DNA from: Eledone cirrhosa
Taxonomy: Eukaryota
DNA: 64,000 nt
Assembly: GCA_964016885.1 (NCBI GenBank)
Contig: OZ024749.1
Location: 21,328,001-21,392,000 of the forward strand
Direction of reading: 5' to 3'
How positions within the stretch are numbered: position 1 is the first letter of the stretch; each line of letters begins with the position of its first letter. The notes under the pieces were generated by a model. That model was not told the DNA's origin. It ran no database searches and saw only the letters and a list, made by a program, of their open reading frames with translations. The translations under genes and the position numbers were made by a program. Of this stretch, positions 63,670-64,000 are shown in pieces.

Positions 63670-64000
63670 ATTTCATTTTTTTATTTATAGATTTTTTCAT
63701 TTTTTCGAATTTTTCATTTTTTTCGAAATTTTGATTTTCTCGATTTTTTCATTTTACCCTTTTTACGAATTCTTCTATATTTTCGATTTTTTTCGATTTT
63801 TTCATTTTTCCGGGTTAGGGTTAGGGTTAGAGTTTACGGTTAGGGTTTACGGTTAGGGTTAGGGTTAGGATTTAGAGTTAGGGTTAGTGTTTCGTTTTTT
63901 AATTTTTTCGATTTTTTCATTTTTCGATTTTTTAATTTTTCGATTTTTTTGGATTTTTTCATTTTATCCTTCTTTCGATATTTTTGATTTATTCGATTTT

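Larger units (their letters stand above)
1..64000 (+). repeat. Complex telomere-derived satellite: degenerate (TTAGGG)n tracts alternating with ~110-115 T-rich (T5-7CGA/T5-6CA)n spacer blocks; runs off both window edges
   Basis: TTAGGG and single-base variants are read directly throughout, always G-strand on +; I saw no CCCTAA-oriented tract on +. T-rich blocks recur every ~0.15-1.9 kb. TTAGGG is the telomere repeat of most metazoans, many fungi and several protists. Confidence 0.97.

Noticed and set aside
379-63734. All ORFs in the six-frame track (GL/VR-repeat, Phe-rich and NP/TL-repeat peptides, up to 204 aa)
   Set aside because: They are direct translations of TTAGGG, T-tracts and CCCTAA. 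Paralogous copies differ by frameshifting indels, there is no domain-like sequence, and many start at GTG/TTG. Not called as CDS.
1-64000. CRISPR-like repeat/spacer alternation
   Set aside because: Both components are repetitive and variable in length, spacers are paralogous rather than unique, and there are no cas genes. The repeat is eukaryotic telomeric.
1-64000. Base-calling artefact of telomeric reads as the source of variants and T-blocks
   Set aside because: Variant strings and spacers are reproduced nearly base-for-base between copies kilobases apart, with discrete types and fixed junctions. Random miscalling would not do that, though copy number could still be misassembled.

Overview
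The whole 64-kb window is non-coding, strictly polarised complex satellite DNA of eukaryotic telomere origin. I find no credible gene, RNA gene, CRISPR array or transposon; every ORF in the track is a translation of low-complexity repeat (GL/VR from TTAGGG, F-rich from T-tracts, NP/TL from CCCTAA). Two components alternate, always on the same strand. (1) Tracts of about 80-1700 bp of TTAGGG mixed with a fixed vocabulary of variants (TTAGTG, TTAGCG, TTATGG, TTAGGA, TTAGAG, TTACGG, TTAAGG, 7-mer TTTAGGG). (2) Roughly 110-115 T-rich spacer blocks (hand count, 40-300 bp each) built from 7-10-bp T5-7CGA / T5-6CA units. The spacers fall into a few types, each with stereotyped entry and exit junctions; the exit is almost always ...CAATTTTTTAGCGTTAGGG. 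Nested higher-order repeats are visible: a reshuffled mosaic at 1-19.3 kb, three 5.8-6.4-kb copies at 19.3-37.3 kb, ~2.55-kb copies at 43.4-48.5 kb, and three nearly identical 5167/5179-bp copies at 47,579-63,105 bounded by a 14-bp microhomology. One long perfect tract, (TTAGGG)35 at 22,599-22,808, replaces a 6-unit variant-containing tract present in its two paralogues. The best candidate for an undescribed system is a telomere-derived, recombination-amplified two-component satellite: a subtelomere or complex telomere (ALT/TALT- or Chironomus-like), or an interstitial/centromeric HOR array. The organism and chromosomal position cannot be determined from the window. Coordinates of repeat units were aligned by eye and from ORF-track offsets and are approximate unless stated as exact.
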